Part shown: positions 39,351 through 49,666 of the stretch, piece after piece
Numbering within the stretch: the first letter of the stretch is position 1
Layout: the number at the start of each line of letters is the position of its first letter
Origin: Candidatus Levyibacteriota bacterium
GTDB lineage: Bacteria; Patescibacteriota; Microgenomatia; Levybacterales; UBA12049
DNA: 64,000 nt
Direction: 5' to 3'
Assembly: GCA_027334565.1 (NCBI GenBank)
Contig: DAHWUP010000001.1
Location: 158,726 to 222,725, forward strand
Program-made: the position numbers and the translations under genes
Notes under the pieces: model-generated
Databases searched by the model: none
Seen by the model: only the letters and a program-made list of their open reading frames with translations
Told to the model about the DNA's origin: nothing

Positions 39351-39453
39351 AAAAATCCCTCTTTAAAATTGTACAATATTTTTTGAAAATTTAGAACCTG
39401 AAATGCGAAAAAGCTTTATTGACCCTTCGACAAACTCAGGACTTCTTAAGGCA

Positions 39454-39924
39454 TTAAAAACGAAAATGACTAAATGCCTTATTCGCTTCCGCCATTCTGT
39501 GGACCGTATCCCTCTTTTTGATTGCCGCACCCTCGTTTCTTGATGCTTCTAAAATTTCGGCCGCAAGTTTTTCAAAAAAGTGATGGTAATCTTTATTACT
39601 TCTTGCTCTGGCCGCTTCCAAAATCCAACGGATCGCCAAAGTGATTCTCCTGTCTCCCCTTACTTCTTGAGGAACCTGATAATTTGCGCCGCCTACTCTT
39701 CGTGATTTGACCTCTTGTTTTGGACCGACATTATTAATCGCGGTTTCAAAAATTTGTAAGGGGTCGCCGTCTTTTTTTAAAAGCTCGAAGCCTTGATATA
39801 ATGATCTTTCGGCAACCGACTTTTTACCATCCTTCATCATTCTATTGATGAATTTGGCAACCAGTTTACTCTGATAAAGTTTATCGTCATTGATTTGTCT
39901 CTTGGTTACTTTTCGATGTCTCAT
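39454..39924 (-). CDS. rpsG: 30S ribosomal protein S7
   Basis: S7 fold; 156 aa. Confidence 0.95.
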   Translation of the reverse strand: MRHRKVTKRQINDDKLYQSKLVAKFINRMMKDGKKSVAERSLYQGFELLKKDGDPLQIFETAINNVGPKQEVKSRRVGGANYQVPQEVRGDRRITLAIRWILEAARARSNKDYHHFFEKLAAEILEASRNEGAAIKKRDTVHRMAEANKAFSHFRF

Positions 39925-39927
39925 GCG

Positions 39928-40407
39928 TTATCCTTCCGCAGGGGTTGCGGGTGCGGATGATTCCGCTGCCGGCACCGCGCCTGCTACTCTTGCCGGTCCC
40001 CCTGATTTTTTCACTCCGTATTTGCTTCTTGAAGACTTGCGTCCGTCAACCCCCTGAAGATCGAACTTTCCTCTTACGATATGGTATTTAACACCCGGTA
40101 AATCCTTAACCCTTCCGCCGCGGACCAATACGATACCGTGCTCTGCCAAAGAATGTCCGATTCCCTGAATGTAAGCCGTAACTTCGGTACGGTTTGAAAG
40201 TTTAACGCGGGCAACCTTTCTTAAAGCCGAATTAGGCTTTTTAGGCGTCATGGTTTTGACCAAAGTGACCACACCTCTTTTTTGCGGGCCCTCAATGTTT
40301 TTATATCTTCGCTCCTTTGCATTAAAGATCCTTCGCAAAGCGGTTGCCTTAACTTTTTTCGTCTTCCTTTTTCTGCCTTTCTTGGCAAGTTGGCTCAGTG
40401 TTGGCAT
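39928..40407 (-). CDS. rpsL: 30S ribosomal protein S12 with a C-terminal Ala/Pro-rich extension of about 35 aa
   Basis: S12 core ([11 protein letters not shown]...) followed by [25 protein letters not shown]. Confidence 0.92.
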   Translation of the reverse strand: MPTLSQLAKKGRKRKTKKVKATALRRIFNAKERRYKNIEGPQKRGVVTLVKTMTPKKPNSALRKVARVKLSNRTEVTAYIQGIGHSLAEHGIVLVRGGRVKDLPGVKYHIVRGKFDLQGVDGRKSSRSKYGVKKSGGPARVAGAVPAAESSAPATPAEG

Positions 40408-40432
40408 ATTATTAATTTGAAATTATTTGCAA

Positions 40433-43400
40433 TTATATCGCTTGCATGGCTTGCGTCTCAACCCCGGTAGATTCCAGCTGTTGAACTTCTCCCGATTGAT
40501 CCGAATCAACCGGAATCAATCTTCCGATGATAACGTTTTCTTTTAATCCGACCAATTTATCTTCCGCCCCCTCCAACGCAGCGTCGGTCAATACCTTTGT
40601 CGTCTCCTGGAAAGATGATGCCGAAAGCCACGAATCCGAGAAAAGTGAAGATTTGGTAATTCCCAAAATGGTTTGCCTTCCGGTGGCCGGTTCCCCACCT
40701 TGCGATAGTACCTCGGCATTAATTTCTTCAAACCTGGTCTTTGAAATAAAGTCTCCGGGGATCAATGAGGTATCTCCTACCGTCTCTATGATCACTTTAT
40801 CGGACATTTTTCTTAATACAACTTCGAAATGTTTATCGTTAATACCGATTCCCTGAGATTCATAAACCTTTTGCGCTTCGGCTTTAATATATTCCTGCGC
40901 CTCGATCTGACCCTTGATCTTAATTATTTCCTTAGGATCAAGATAGCCCTCGGCAAGTTGGGCACCCGCTACGATCTCGTCGCCATCGGCAACGTTTAAG
41001 GTGGAAGCCAAGGGAACAAAATATTCTCTTTCGTCGACAGGTTTAGCTCTTGAAGACCTGACTCTGACAATATACCCGTCCTCGGTTGTCTCTACACTAA
41101 CCTTTCCGGAAATTTCCGACACGGGGGATAGATTTTTTGGAGTTCTCATTTCAAATAACTCCTCTACCCTCGGCAACCCTTGCGTAACGTCCGACATTAC
41201 TACCCCTCCGAAATGCCTGACCCTCATGGTTAACTGAGTGCCCGGCTCGCCGATACTTTGCGCAGCGATCACTCCGACGGGAACACCCAATTCGACCTTT
41301 TTCTTAGTTGAAAAATCCCAACCGTAACATGCTGCGCAGATTCCATATTCCTGTTTACAGGTGATCGGGCTTCTGACGATTATTTCCGTGATCCCGTCGT
41401 CGACAACTTGTTTAACTTTATCTTCGGTGATCTCACCATTTGCGGGCACGATTTCCTTCTTAGTTTTTTTGGAAACTATTTTTTCAGCCGCAGTTCTTCC
41501 CAAAATCCTGTCTGCGAAACTGGCAGTTCTAACTTGATTCTCAGAAATTACGATGCCTTCATGTGTACCGCAATCTTCGGCTCTGATGATCACATCGTGC
41601 GAAACGTCGACCAACCTTCGGGTCAGATAACCCGCGTTCGCTGTTTTTAAGGCCGAGTCTGTCAAGCCTTTTCTTGAACCGCGAGCCGAAGTAACGTATT
41701 CGAAAATCGATAATCCTTCCCTAAAGTTGGATTTAACCGGCAGTTCGACAATTTTACCTAACGGGTCAAGGATCAATCCTCTCATGGCCGATAACTGTTT
41801 TAGCTGTTCCTTCCCGGCCCTGGCGCCTTCGGAATCGATGATCGTTCTGATGACACTTCCTGCCTGTAAATTATTCCAGGTAAGATCTGCAATTTTATTT
41901 GTAGTTTCAAGCCAAATCTCGTTTGAAAGTCTTTTCTTTTCTTCAACGGTGATTAAACCTTCCTGGTAATCACCCTCTACGCCGGCAACTTTCTTCTCGG
42001 CCTCTTGGATAAGCTGGTCTTTTTCTTCGACCATTTCGTTATCGAACACCGAAACGGATATGCCGGAAATGGTCGAGCCGTAAAATCCTAAAGATTTGAT
42101 ATTATCTATAAGTCTTTCGATCTCCTCTGCCGGGTATTGTTTAATTGCGGTCGTGATAATTTTCTTGATCCCCGAAGCTTTAACCGCCTCGTTAATAAAA
42201 CCGAAACCCTGTGGAAGTTTTTCGTTGAACATCAGTCTTCCGACGGTTGTCTCGATCATCTCGCTGTCGATCTTGACTTGAATCAATTCTCTTAACTTTG
42301 TTTTTCCGAGAGAATTAGACAAGAATGCTTCGGTAGGATTCATGAAAACCTGAACTTTTTCCTTCCTCAAAGACTCATCCAAGGTAGTTAAATAGAAAAC
42401 GCCGACAGCCATTTCTTTGTTGGGTAAGGTAATGGGGCTTCCGTCCGCCGGTTTCAACAGGTTTTCCCTTGGCATCATTAAACTAATTGCTTCCTCCTGA
42501 GCTTTCTGTGAAAGCGGAATATGAACGGCCATTTGATCACCGTCGAAATCCGCATTGTACCCGGCGCAGACACAAGGATGGAGAGAAATCGCAGATCCTT
42601 CGATCAATACCGGATAAAATGCCTGGATTCCTAACTTATGCAAGGTAGGCGCACGGTTTAGAAGGACCGGGTGGTTCTTGGTTATTTCTTCCAAAATATC
42701 GAATACCTCAGGCGGCCTCTTTTCGATGAATCTTTTTGCCGATTTGATATTCGGTGCATATCCCCTGACTATCACTTCTCTTAATACGAAAGGTTTGAAC
42801 ATCTCCAAAGCCATTTCTTTGGGAAGCCCGCACTGTGACAAATTCAATTCCGGTCCGACGACAATTACCGAACGTCCCGAATAATCGACCCTTTTACCGA
42901 GCAGGTTCTGCCTGAATCTTCCTTGTTTACCCCGTAACATATCCGATAATGAGCGAAGGGGCGAAGAAACAACCTGGTTGGACCTCTGTGACGCGTCGAT
43001 TAAAGAATCGACCGATTCCTGCAACATCCTTTTTTCATTGCGAAGGATAATTTCGGGAGCACCTAACGAAATCAGGTGTTTTAATCTGTTATTTCGGTTA
43101 ATCACCCTTCGGTACAAATCGTTGAGGTCCGAAGTTGCGAATCTTCCACCTGCCAGCTGAACCATCGGTCTAAGATCGGGCGGAATAACCGGCAACACCG
43201 CCATCACCATTGAACGCGGCTCTATTCCGGCTTTTCGCATCGCTTCCAAAAGTCTTAAGCGTTTGATGAGTTTAAAATACCTTTGCCCTTTCGACTTGCT
43301 GGTTTCGTCTCTGAGTGCCACAATCAATCCCGATAAGTCGATCTTTTCTATCAGCTCCATCAGGCCTTCGGCACCGGTTTTAATGGTAAAGAATACCGGA

Positions 43401-44197
43401 ATATCATACTCCAAAATCTTAAAGTACTCGTCTTCGGACAAAACGCTCCCGATCTTAAGGCTTTTTATCAGCTTTGAAAGCGCATCCTGGATCTCGTCCA
43501 ATTTTTTATTTTCCGCTTCCTGTCTTTCGTCAAGCCTTGCCTGTTTCTGGCGCCTTTGCAAATCTATTTCCTGTTTGATCAGTTCTTTCTGTTCGGGAGT
43601 GGTTTTCGTCTTGGTAGCTTCTTTTTCTTTTTCCGATGATTCTTTATCCAGTGATTTCTTTTCCTCGTCAACCAGCTTTTTGATCTCGACTTTTCTTTCT
43701 TCGATAATTTTTGCCAGCTCCGAAATGGCTTGCTTTTTCTTTTCGTTATCAAAGTCCGTAACCAAGTATGACGCGTAATAAATGACCGATTCCAGTGCTT
43801 TTTGCGACATGTCTAAAATCAGAGACAGCGCCGAGGAAGATCCCTTGAAGAACCAAACATGTGCAACCGGAGCTGCCAGCGTGATGTGTCCCATCCTTTC
43901 CCTTCTGACCCTGGAGAGAGTGACCTCAACGCCGCATTTATCGCAAATTATCCCGCGGTTTCTGATCCTTTTATATTTTCCGCAATAACATTCCCAGTCT
44001 TTGGTAGGTCCGAAGATTCTTTCGTCGAACAATCCGTCCTTTTCAGGCCTTAAAGTCCTGTAATTGATCGTTTCCGGTTTGGTAACCTCACCGAATGACC
44101 AATTCATGATATCATCCTTTGAGGCCAATAATAACTTTAATGACTTAAAGTCCAAGATCGTGATATCTTTATTTTTTCTGTCGTTATTGTTGTTCAT
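40433..44197 (-). CDS. rpoC: DNA-directed RNA polymerase subunit beta prime (start at the ATG preceded by GGAGGT, not the upstream in-frame Met)
   Basis: NADFDGDQM catalytic motif, zinc-binding Cys, and the KPETINYRT N-terminal motif. RBS GGAGGTAATAACAACA then ATG at 44197. Confidence 0.95.
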   Translation of the reverse strand: MNNNNDRKNKDITILDFKSLKLLLASKDDIMNWSFGEVTKPETINYRTLRPEKDGLFDERIFGPTKDWECYCGKYKRIRNRGIICDKCGVEVTLSRVRRERMGHITLAAPVAHVWFFKGSSSALSLILDMSQKALESVIYYASYLVTDFDNEKKKQAISELAKIIEERKVEIKKLVDEEKKSLDKESSEKEKEATKTKTTPEQKELIKQEIDLQRRQKQARLDERQEAENKKLDEIQDALSKLIKSLKIGSVLSEDEYFKILEYDIPVFFTIKTGAEGLMELIEKIDLSGLIVALRDETSKSKGQRYFKLIKRLRLLEAMRKAGIEPRSMVMAVLPVIPPDLRPMVQLAGGRFATSDLNDLYRRVINRNNRLKHLISLGAPEIILRNEKRMLQESVDSLIDASQRSNQVVSSPLRSLSDMLRGKQGRFRQNLLGKRVDYSGRSVIVVGPELNLSQCGLPKEMALEMFKPFVLREVIVRGYAPNIKSAKRFIEKRPPEVFDILEEITKNHPVLLNRAPTLHKLGIQAFYPVLIEGSAISLHPCVCAGYNADFDGDQMAVHIPLSQKAQEEAISLMMPRENLLKPADGSPITLPNKEMAVGVFYLTTLDESLRKEKVQVFMNPTEAFLSNSLGKTKLRELIQVKIDSEMIETTVGRLMFNEKLPQGFGFINEAVKASGIKKIITTAIKQYPAEEIERLIDNIKSLGFYGSTISGISVSVFDNEMVEEKDQLIQEAEKKVAGVEGDYQEGLITVEEKKRLSNEIWLETTNKIADLTWNNLQAGSVIRTIIDSEGARAGKEQLKQLSAMRGLILDPLGKIVELPVKSNFREGLSIFEYVTSARGSRKGLTDSALKTANAGYLTRRLVDVSHDVIIRAEDCGTHEGIVISENQVRTASFADRILGRTAAEKIVSKKTKKEIVPANGEITEDKVKQVVDDGITEIIVRSPITCKQEYGICAACYGWDFSTKKKVELGVPVGVIAAQSIGEPGTQLTMRVRHFGGVVMSDVTQGLPRVEELFEMRTPKNLSPVSEISGKVSVETTEDGYIVRVRSSRAKPVDEREYFVPLASTLNVADGDEIVAGAQLAEGYLDPKEIIKIKGQIEAQEYIKAEAQKVYESQGIGINDKHFEVVLRKMSDKVIIETVGDTSLIPGDFISKTRFEEINAEVLSQGGEPATGRQTILGITKSSLFSDSWLSASSFQETTKVLTDAALEGAEDKLVGLKENVIIGRLIPVDSDQSGEVQQLESTGVETQAMQAI

Positions 44198-47100
44198 TGT
44201 TGTTATTACCTCCAACGGTCGGATCGGAAATTTCCACACCCTGTTCTTCCGCCTGACCAACCGTTTCGTTAATCATCTCTTCCCCGCCCAATTCTTCCCG
44301 AAGTTCCTTGGCTTCCGCTTCGCTTTTCTCTTCTTTCTCCGCATTGGTTACTCCCTCATCAATTACATCCAAAGGCCTGGCGGAAACAGTTGCCCCGACC
44401 GGAACGACGTTCAATCCCAAAGCATTCAACTCTTTAATCAATACTTTAAAGCTTTCCGGGACCTTAGGGGTAGGGATATCCGTCCCTTTTACAATTGCTT
44501 CGAATGCCTTGGCCCTGCCGACTACATCATCCGACTTGATGGTCAGCATTTCCTGCAAGGTATATCTGGCGCGATGCGACTCCAGTGCCCAAACCTCCAT
44601 TTCGCCCAATCTCTGTCCACCCATCTGAGCTTTTCCGCCTAAAGGCTGCTGTGTAACCAAAGAATACGGACCGGTCGAGCGTGCGTGGGTTTTATCTTCA
44701 ACCATGTGAATCAATTTCATCATGTATTCTATTCCGACCACCGCAGGACTATCGTATGGTTCACCGGTCCTTCCGTCATAAAGAGTGGTTTTACCGCTAA
44801 CCGGAAGTCCTGCTTTTTTAAGCTCGGTGACAATCTTCTCCTCATCAACCTCTTCAAAAACCGGTACAGCGATCTTTTCTTCCAGAGTTCTTGCCGCCCA
44901 ACCAAGATGTGCTTCCAAAAGCTGTCCCAAATTCATCCTGGCCAGTACCGATATCGGAGAAATAACGATATCGACCGGGGTTCCGTCCGCCAGATGCGGC
45001 ATATCCACCTCCGGCAGGATTCTTGAAATTACCCCTTTGTTCCCGTGTCTTCCGGCAAGCTTGTCTCCGATGACAACGTGTCTAAGTTGCGCGACCTCGA
45101 CAATGATTTTTCTGATCGTCCCCGGTTCCAGTTCGTCGCCTTTTTTCCTATCCAGGATCTGTACGTTGATAACGGTTCCGCGTTCACCGTGCGGCATTCT
45201 TAAAGATGTATCCCTGACTTCCCGAGCCTGTTCCCCGAAAATAGCCCGCAAAAGCCTTTCCTCCGCCGAAAGTTCGGTTTCCCCTTTGGGTGCAATCTTA
45301 CCGACCAGAATATCACCGGGACTCACTTCGGAACCCACCACGACAATTCCTTCCTCATCCAGGTTTGCCAAGTCTTCTTCGGAAACGTTGGGAATATCTC
45401 TGGTAGTTTCCTCCGGCCCCAATTTTGTTTCAACTACCGAAGCCTCGTGTTTCTCGATATGAATTGACGATAGGACGTCGTCTTTAACCAAACGTTCGGA
45501 AATTACAATGCCGTCTTCATATCCCAACCCGTCAAATGCCGTATAGGCAATCAATAAATTCTGACCCAAGGCAAGTTCCCCTCCCTGTGAGGCCGGTCCG
45601 TCGATCAAAAGATCGCCTTGTTTGACCTTATCACCGGTTTTCACTACCGCTCTTTGCGTATATGAGGTAGCCGATGACGTCCTTTTAAAAGAATCGATGT
45701 AATAAGTTACTTCTTCTTTTGGTGATTTACCTTTTAAGACGACCTTATTTGCGTCGGCGTATTCGATTTCCCCGTCAAACGGAGCATAAATTACTCTTGC
45801 CATCATCTGTGAAATAGAATTTTCCATACCGGTCCCGACCATCGGACTCTCGGGCCTTATGAGCGGCACGGCCTGACACTGCATGTGGGTTCCCATCAAA
45901 GCTCGGTTCGCTTCATCATGGGAAACAAACGGAATTAGCGATGCAGCCGACCCGACAACCTGTCTTGGCACGACATCGACATATTCGATATTTTCTCTAT
46001 CCGTTTCAATAAATTCACCCTTATATCTTGCAGCTACCCTGTCTCTTGATATTTTATTTCCGTCCAAAACTCCGGCATGGGTAATATAATGCTTTTGTTC
46101 GTCGTCGGCCGACAGATAAACGATCTCATCGGTTGCCTTGGAAATTGTCGCATCACCGTGCTTTTCCTGAATCACTTTCCTGTAAGGGGCTTCCAAAAAT
46201 CCGAATTCGTTGACTCTTGCGTACAAAGACATATATGTCACCAGTCCGATATTCGGTCCTTCGGGGCTTCGGATAGGGCAAATCCTCGAATACTGGGAAC
46301 TGTTGATGTCGCGGATGGAAAAAGCTGCCCTTTCCCTGGAAATTCCACCGGTTCCCATTACTGTCAACCTGTTTAAATTATCAACCTCCGACAAGGGATT
46401 GGTCTGGTCCAAAATGGTCGATAACTGTGATGTTCTGAAAAATTCGTTGATGGACGCCATGATCGGTCTGGCGTTTATCAGTCCTCCGATGGAAATCGGA
46501 ACATCCGGCTGTATCAAACTCATTCGTTCCTTGACACTTCTTTCCAAACGTAAAGCTCCGATCCGAAACGCGGTTGCCGAAACCAGTTCGCCTACACAAC
46601 GTACCCTTCGGTTTGCCAGAGAATCTATATCATCAATTTCCTCCTCTCGTTTGGCAAGCCTGATCAAATAGCTTATCGTTCCGATGATATCTTCAACAGT
46701 GAGGATCTTGGTATCGGAATTTGGTGCGTTGAAGCCTTCGATTCCCGTAAGTTTTTTATTCATCTTGTAGCGTCCGACAAGACCCAGATCGTACCTACGG
46801 TTATTGAAAAATGTTCCCAGGAAATTTTCCCTGACCTTATCAATAACTACCGGCTCGCCGGGATGCATTTTTCTGAAAATTTCAACCAGCGCCGCATTGG
46901 AGTCGGTCGTCTCGTCTTTTAGCAATGTATTTTCGATATATTTGGTGGTCCCGTCCGTTTCGGCTTGAACGAACTTATCTTTAATATCCTGATTCGATGA
47001 CAAACCGAGCGCTCTGAGGAAGGTTGTGGCAAGAAACTTTCGGCGTCTGTCAATTTTAACCATAATGGTTTCATGACGGGTGGTCGTAAATTCCAACCAA

Positions 47101-47609
47101 CTGCCGTGGACCGGTCTTATCTCCGCATTATAAAGAGTTTTTCCGGTAACATTATCAACCGTTGCGGTAAAGAATGCTCCGGGACTTCTAACCAGTTGGT
47201 TTACGACCGCTCTTTCAATTCCGTTGATAACAAAAGTTCCCCTATCCGTCATCTGGGGAATGTCGCCCAAAAACACCTCCTGATCGTATTTTGCCCCGGT
47301 CTTTTTGTTGGTAAGAACAGCATTGACATATAAAGGGGCATCGAAAGTGATACCTTTGGAAAGAGCGATTTCCGGTGTGTTAGTTGCTTTTCCAAGACGA
47401 TAATCCTTAAGCTCCAACGTCCAATTTTTTTCGGTAAAATCATCAATTGGAGAAATTTCCTCCAAAACTTCTTTAATACCCTTTTCCAAGAACCACTGAT
47501 AAGACTGTTTTTGTACAGCAAGAAGGTCTAATTTCGGCAAGAGAGAAAATTCTTTTCCCCAGTTGATTCTAATGCCATCCTTATTATCGTTGTCGTTTTG
47601 CTTAGCCAT
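44184..47609 (-). CDS. rpoB: DNA-directed RNA polymerase subunit beta (ATG start at 47609; the ORF track extends to a TTG at 47639)
   Basis: N-terminal SYQWFL and numerous conserved rpoB regions; acidic C-terminal tail. Confidence 0.95.
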   Translation of the reverse strand: MAKQNDNDNKDGIRINWGKEFSLLPKLDLLAVQKQSYQWFLEKGIKEVLEEISPIDDFTEKNWTLELKDYRLGKATNTPEIALSKGITFDAPLYVNAVLTNKKTGAKYDQEVFLGDIPQMTDRGTFVINGIERAVVNQLVRSPGAFFTATVDNVTGKTLYNAEIRPVHGSWLEFTTTRHETIMVKIDRRRKFLATTFLRALGLSSNQDIKDKFVQAETDGTTKYIENTLLKDETTDSNAALVEIFRKMHPGEPVVIDKVRENFLGTFFNNRRYDLGLVGRYKMNKKLTGIEGFNAPNSDTKILTVEDIIGTISYLIRLAKREEEIDDIDSLANRRVRCVGELVSATAFRIGALRLERSVKERMSLIQPDVPISIGGLINARPIMASINEFFRTSQLSTILDQTNPLSEVDNLNRLTVMGTGGISRERAAFSIRDINSSQYSRICPIRSPEGPNIGLVTYMSLYARVNEFGFLEAPYRKVIQEKHGDATISKATDEIVYLSADDEQKHYITHAGVLDGNKISRDRVAARYKGEFIETDRENIEYVDVVPRQVVGSAASLIPFVSHDEANRALMGTHMQCQAVPLIRPESPMVGTGMENSISQMMARVIYAPFDGEIEYADANKVVLKGKSPKEEVTYYIDSFKRTSSATSYTQRAVVKTGDKVKQGDLLIDGPASQGGELALGQNLLIAYTAFDGLGYEDGIVISERLVKDDVLSSIHIEKHEASVVETKLGPEETTRDIPNVSEEDLANLDEEGIVVVGSEVSPGDILVGKIAPKGETELSAEERLLRAIFGEQAREVRDTSLRMPHGERGTVINVQILDRKKGDELEPGTIRKIIVEVAQLRHVVIGDKLAGRHGNKGVISRILPEVDMPHLADGTPVDIVISPISVLARMNLGQLLEAHLGWAARTLEEKIAVPVFEEVDEEKIVTELKKAGLPVSGKTTLYDGRTGEPYDSPAVVGIEYMMKLIHMVEDKTHARSTGPYSLVTQQPLGGKAQMGGQRLGEMEVWALESHRARYTLQEMLTIKSDDVVGRAKAFEAIVKGTDIPTPKVPESFKVLIKELNALGLNVVPVGATVSARPLDVIDEGVTNAEKEEKSEAEAKELREELGGEEMINETVGQAEEQGVEISDPTVGGNNNNEQQ

Positions 47610-47635
47610 TACTAATATAGGATTTAAAAATAACG

Positions 47636-47668
47636 CCAAAAAAATGGGAAAGGTCTCTCACCTTTTCC
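47636..47668 (-). promoter_or_regulatory. Hairpin with a U-tract in the rpoB 5' leader (attenuator-like)
   Basis: On the minus strand the sequence reads GGAAAAGGU-GAGAG-ACCUUUCCC followed by AUUUUUUUGG. This lies about 30 nt upstream of the rpoB ATG. Confidence 0.35.
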
Positions 47669-47872
47669 ATTTGCTCTTAATGAGTGATTGTTTTTATACC
47701 ATATCATCCGAAGCTATGTCAAGCACCAGTTTTTTAAACAAATATTCATAAAAACCGAATCTTCGGATGTCTCGGTTGCCAAAAATTTATTGAATTAAAA
47801 ACGGAATTAACACCATTCCCTTGTCCTCATGCTATAATTTAGCTAATCCTTCAAGATGTTTTAGGATAAAAT

Positions 47873-49666
47873 ATGACGGCAAAACAAATCATTGATACTT
47901 ACATCAGTTTTTTCCAAAAGCGGGGGCATAGGCAAATCGGCAATTCGCCGCTTGTCCCTGAAAATGATCCAACCACTCTGTTTACCTCTTCCGGCATGCA
48001 GCCATTGATACCTTATCTTTTGGGCGAACCGCACCCGGCCGGGTCCAGGTTGGTGAACGCACAAAATTGTTTCAGGGCGGTGGACATTGAAGAAGTGGGA
48101 GACAACCGGCATTCGACATTTTTTCGGATGCTAGGCAACTGGAGTTTGGGAGACTATTTCAAAAGCCAAGAAATTCCCTGGCTTTTCGAACTGTTAACGG
48201 AAGGGTTCGGACTGCCTAAGGAAAAACTTTATGTCACGGTATTCAACGGATTCAAAAATATCGAAAGGGACAACGATTCTTACGGGATCTGGTCGGAACT
48301 CGTTTCCAAAGACAGAATTTTCTTCGCCGGGGTCGATAAAAATTGGTGGTCGAGATCGGGCATACCGGAAAATATGCCTGTCGGTGAAATCGGAGGACCG
48401 GACACGGAAGTTTATTACAGATTCGATGATGTTGAACATAAACCGCAATGCAAAGATAACCCGGTTGAATGCGAATGCGGAAAATTTTTGGAAATTGCCA
48501 ACTCCGTTTTCATACAATATCAAAAAACGGAACAGGGATTTATAGAACTGCCGCAGAAAAATGTAGATTTCGGTGGAGGCGTAGAAAGACTTCTGGCTGC
48601 TATTGAAGACAGGTCGGATATTTTCCAAACCTCTCTTTTTACTCCTATTATTAATAGTATAGAACAGGAAAGCGGTAAAGCTTACCTCAAAAATAAAAAA
48701 GAAATGCGTATCATTGCCGACCATTTGACCGCTGCTGTTTTTATAACCAATTCGGGTATCAAACCCTCCAACAAGGATCAGGGTTATATATTAAGAAGAT
48801 TATTGAGGCGCTCCTTTGACAATTTTTATCTGTTAAAAGGGGAAAATATCCGGGCTGTGGTTGAAAAAATCGTTGACCAATATATACCGACCGATGAGTA
48901 TCTCAAAGTAAATTTCGAAGAAATTGAATTAACTATTTTAGAAGAGGAACAGAATTACGGCCGCACGCTACAGAAAGCAAAAAGTTTTATCGAGAATAAA
49001 TACGAAGAGCGGTTAATCGACGGAGTTAAAAAAATTTCAGCCCAAGACGCGTTTATTCTTTATTCGACTCATGGATTGTCTCCCACACAAATTCGAAGCT
49101 TAGGATATGTTTTCGACGAACAGGAATTTGCCGATAAAATGGAAGATCACCAAAAACTGTCCCGTACCGGGGCACAACAAAAATTTAGAGGAGGTCTTGC
49201 CGATCACTCGGACTTAACCATAATGGGACATACCGCAACCCATCTTCTTCATCAAGCTTTAAGGAGTAAATTTGGTGAGCAGTTGCATCAAACCGGATCG
49301 AACATAACAAGTGAACGAATAAGATTTGATTTCAATTTTGACAGAATGTTAACGCCTGAAGAAATAAAGCAAATTGAAAATACGGTAAACGATAAAATCG
49401 GAGAAGACCTTCCGGTACATTTTGAAATAATGCCCTTGACAAAAGCCAAACAAATAGGAGCGATCGGCTTATTCGATGAAAAATACCAACAAGACGTTAA
49501 AGTATATTTTATCGGGCACCCCGGAGAAAAATTTTATTCGGTCGAGTTCTGCGGCGGACCTCATGTTAATTTTACAGGGCAGCTTAAAAAGTTTAAAATA
49601 ATAAAGGTGGAGAATATCGGCAAAGGACAGAAAAGAATTTACGCGAAAGTTAACGATCAGATATGA
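47873..49666 (+). CDS. alaS: Alanine--tRNA ligase, short form (catalytic, tRNA-recognition and editing domains; no C-Ala domain)
   Basis: N-terminal FF.KRGH...SS.L.PEND.TLLFT..GM motif and editing-site HTATHLLH plus CGGPHV; only 597 aa. An extended -10 element TGcTATAAT lies at 47845-47853. Confidence 0.85.
   Translation: MTAKQIIDTYISFFQKRGHRQIGNSPLVPENDPTTLFTSSGMQPLIPYLLGEPHPAGSRLVNAQNCFRAVDIEEVGDNRHSTFFRMLGNWSLGDYFKSQEIPWLFELLTEGFGLPKEKLYVTVFNGFKNIERDNDSYGIWSELVSKDRIFFAGVDKNWWSRSGIPENMPVGEIGGPDTEVYYRFDDVEHKPQCKDNPVECECGKFLEIANSVFIQYQKTEQGFIELPQKNVDFGGGVERLLAAIEDRSDIFQTSLFTPIINSIEQESGKAYLKNKKEMRIIADHLTAAVFITNSGIKPSNKDQGYILRRLLRRSFDNFYLLKGENIRAVVEKIVDQYIPTDEYLKVNFEEIELTILEEEQNYGRTLQKAKSFIENKYEERLIDGVKKISAQDAFILYSTHGLSPTQIRSLGYVFDEQEFADKMEDHQKLSRTGAQQKFRGGLADHSDLTIMGHTATHLLHQALRSKFGEQLHQTGSNITSERIRFDFNFDRMLTPEEIKQIENTVNDKIGEDLPVHFEIMPLTKAKQIGAIGLFDEKYQQDVKVYFIGHPGEKFYSVEFCGGPHVNFTGQLKKFKIIKVENIGKGQKRIYAKVNDQI

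Noticed and set aside
43263-43778. 171-aa + strand ORF, with many other 60-230 aa ORFs, antisense to rpoC, rpoB, secY, fusA, alaS and r-protein genes
   Set aside because: These lie entirely within strongly supported conserved genes on the opposite strand. Their low-complexity Ser/Leu-rich translations are typical of shadow ORFs.
44198-44260. Upstream in-frame start for rpoC overlapping rpoB by 77 nt
   Set aside because: The internal ATG at 44197 has a perfect GGAGGT RBS and gives a non-overlapping junction 10 nt after the rpoB stop.
47610-47639. TTG-initiated N-terminal extension of rpoB (MALFLNPILV...)
   Set aside because: It would translate through the leader hairpin/U-tract. The ATG at 47609 begins the conserved rpoB N-terminus.
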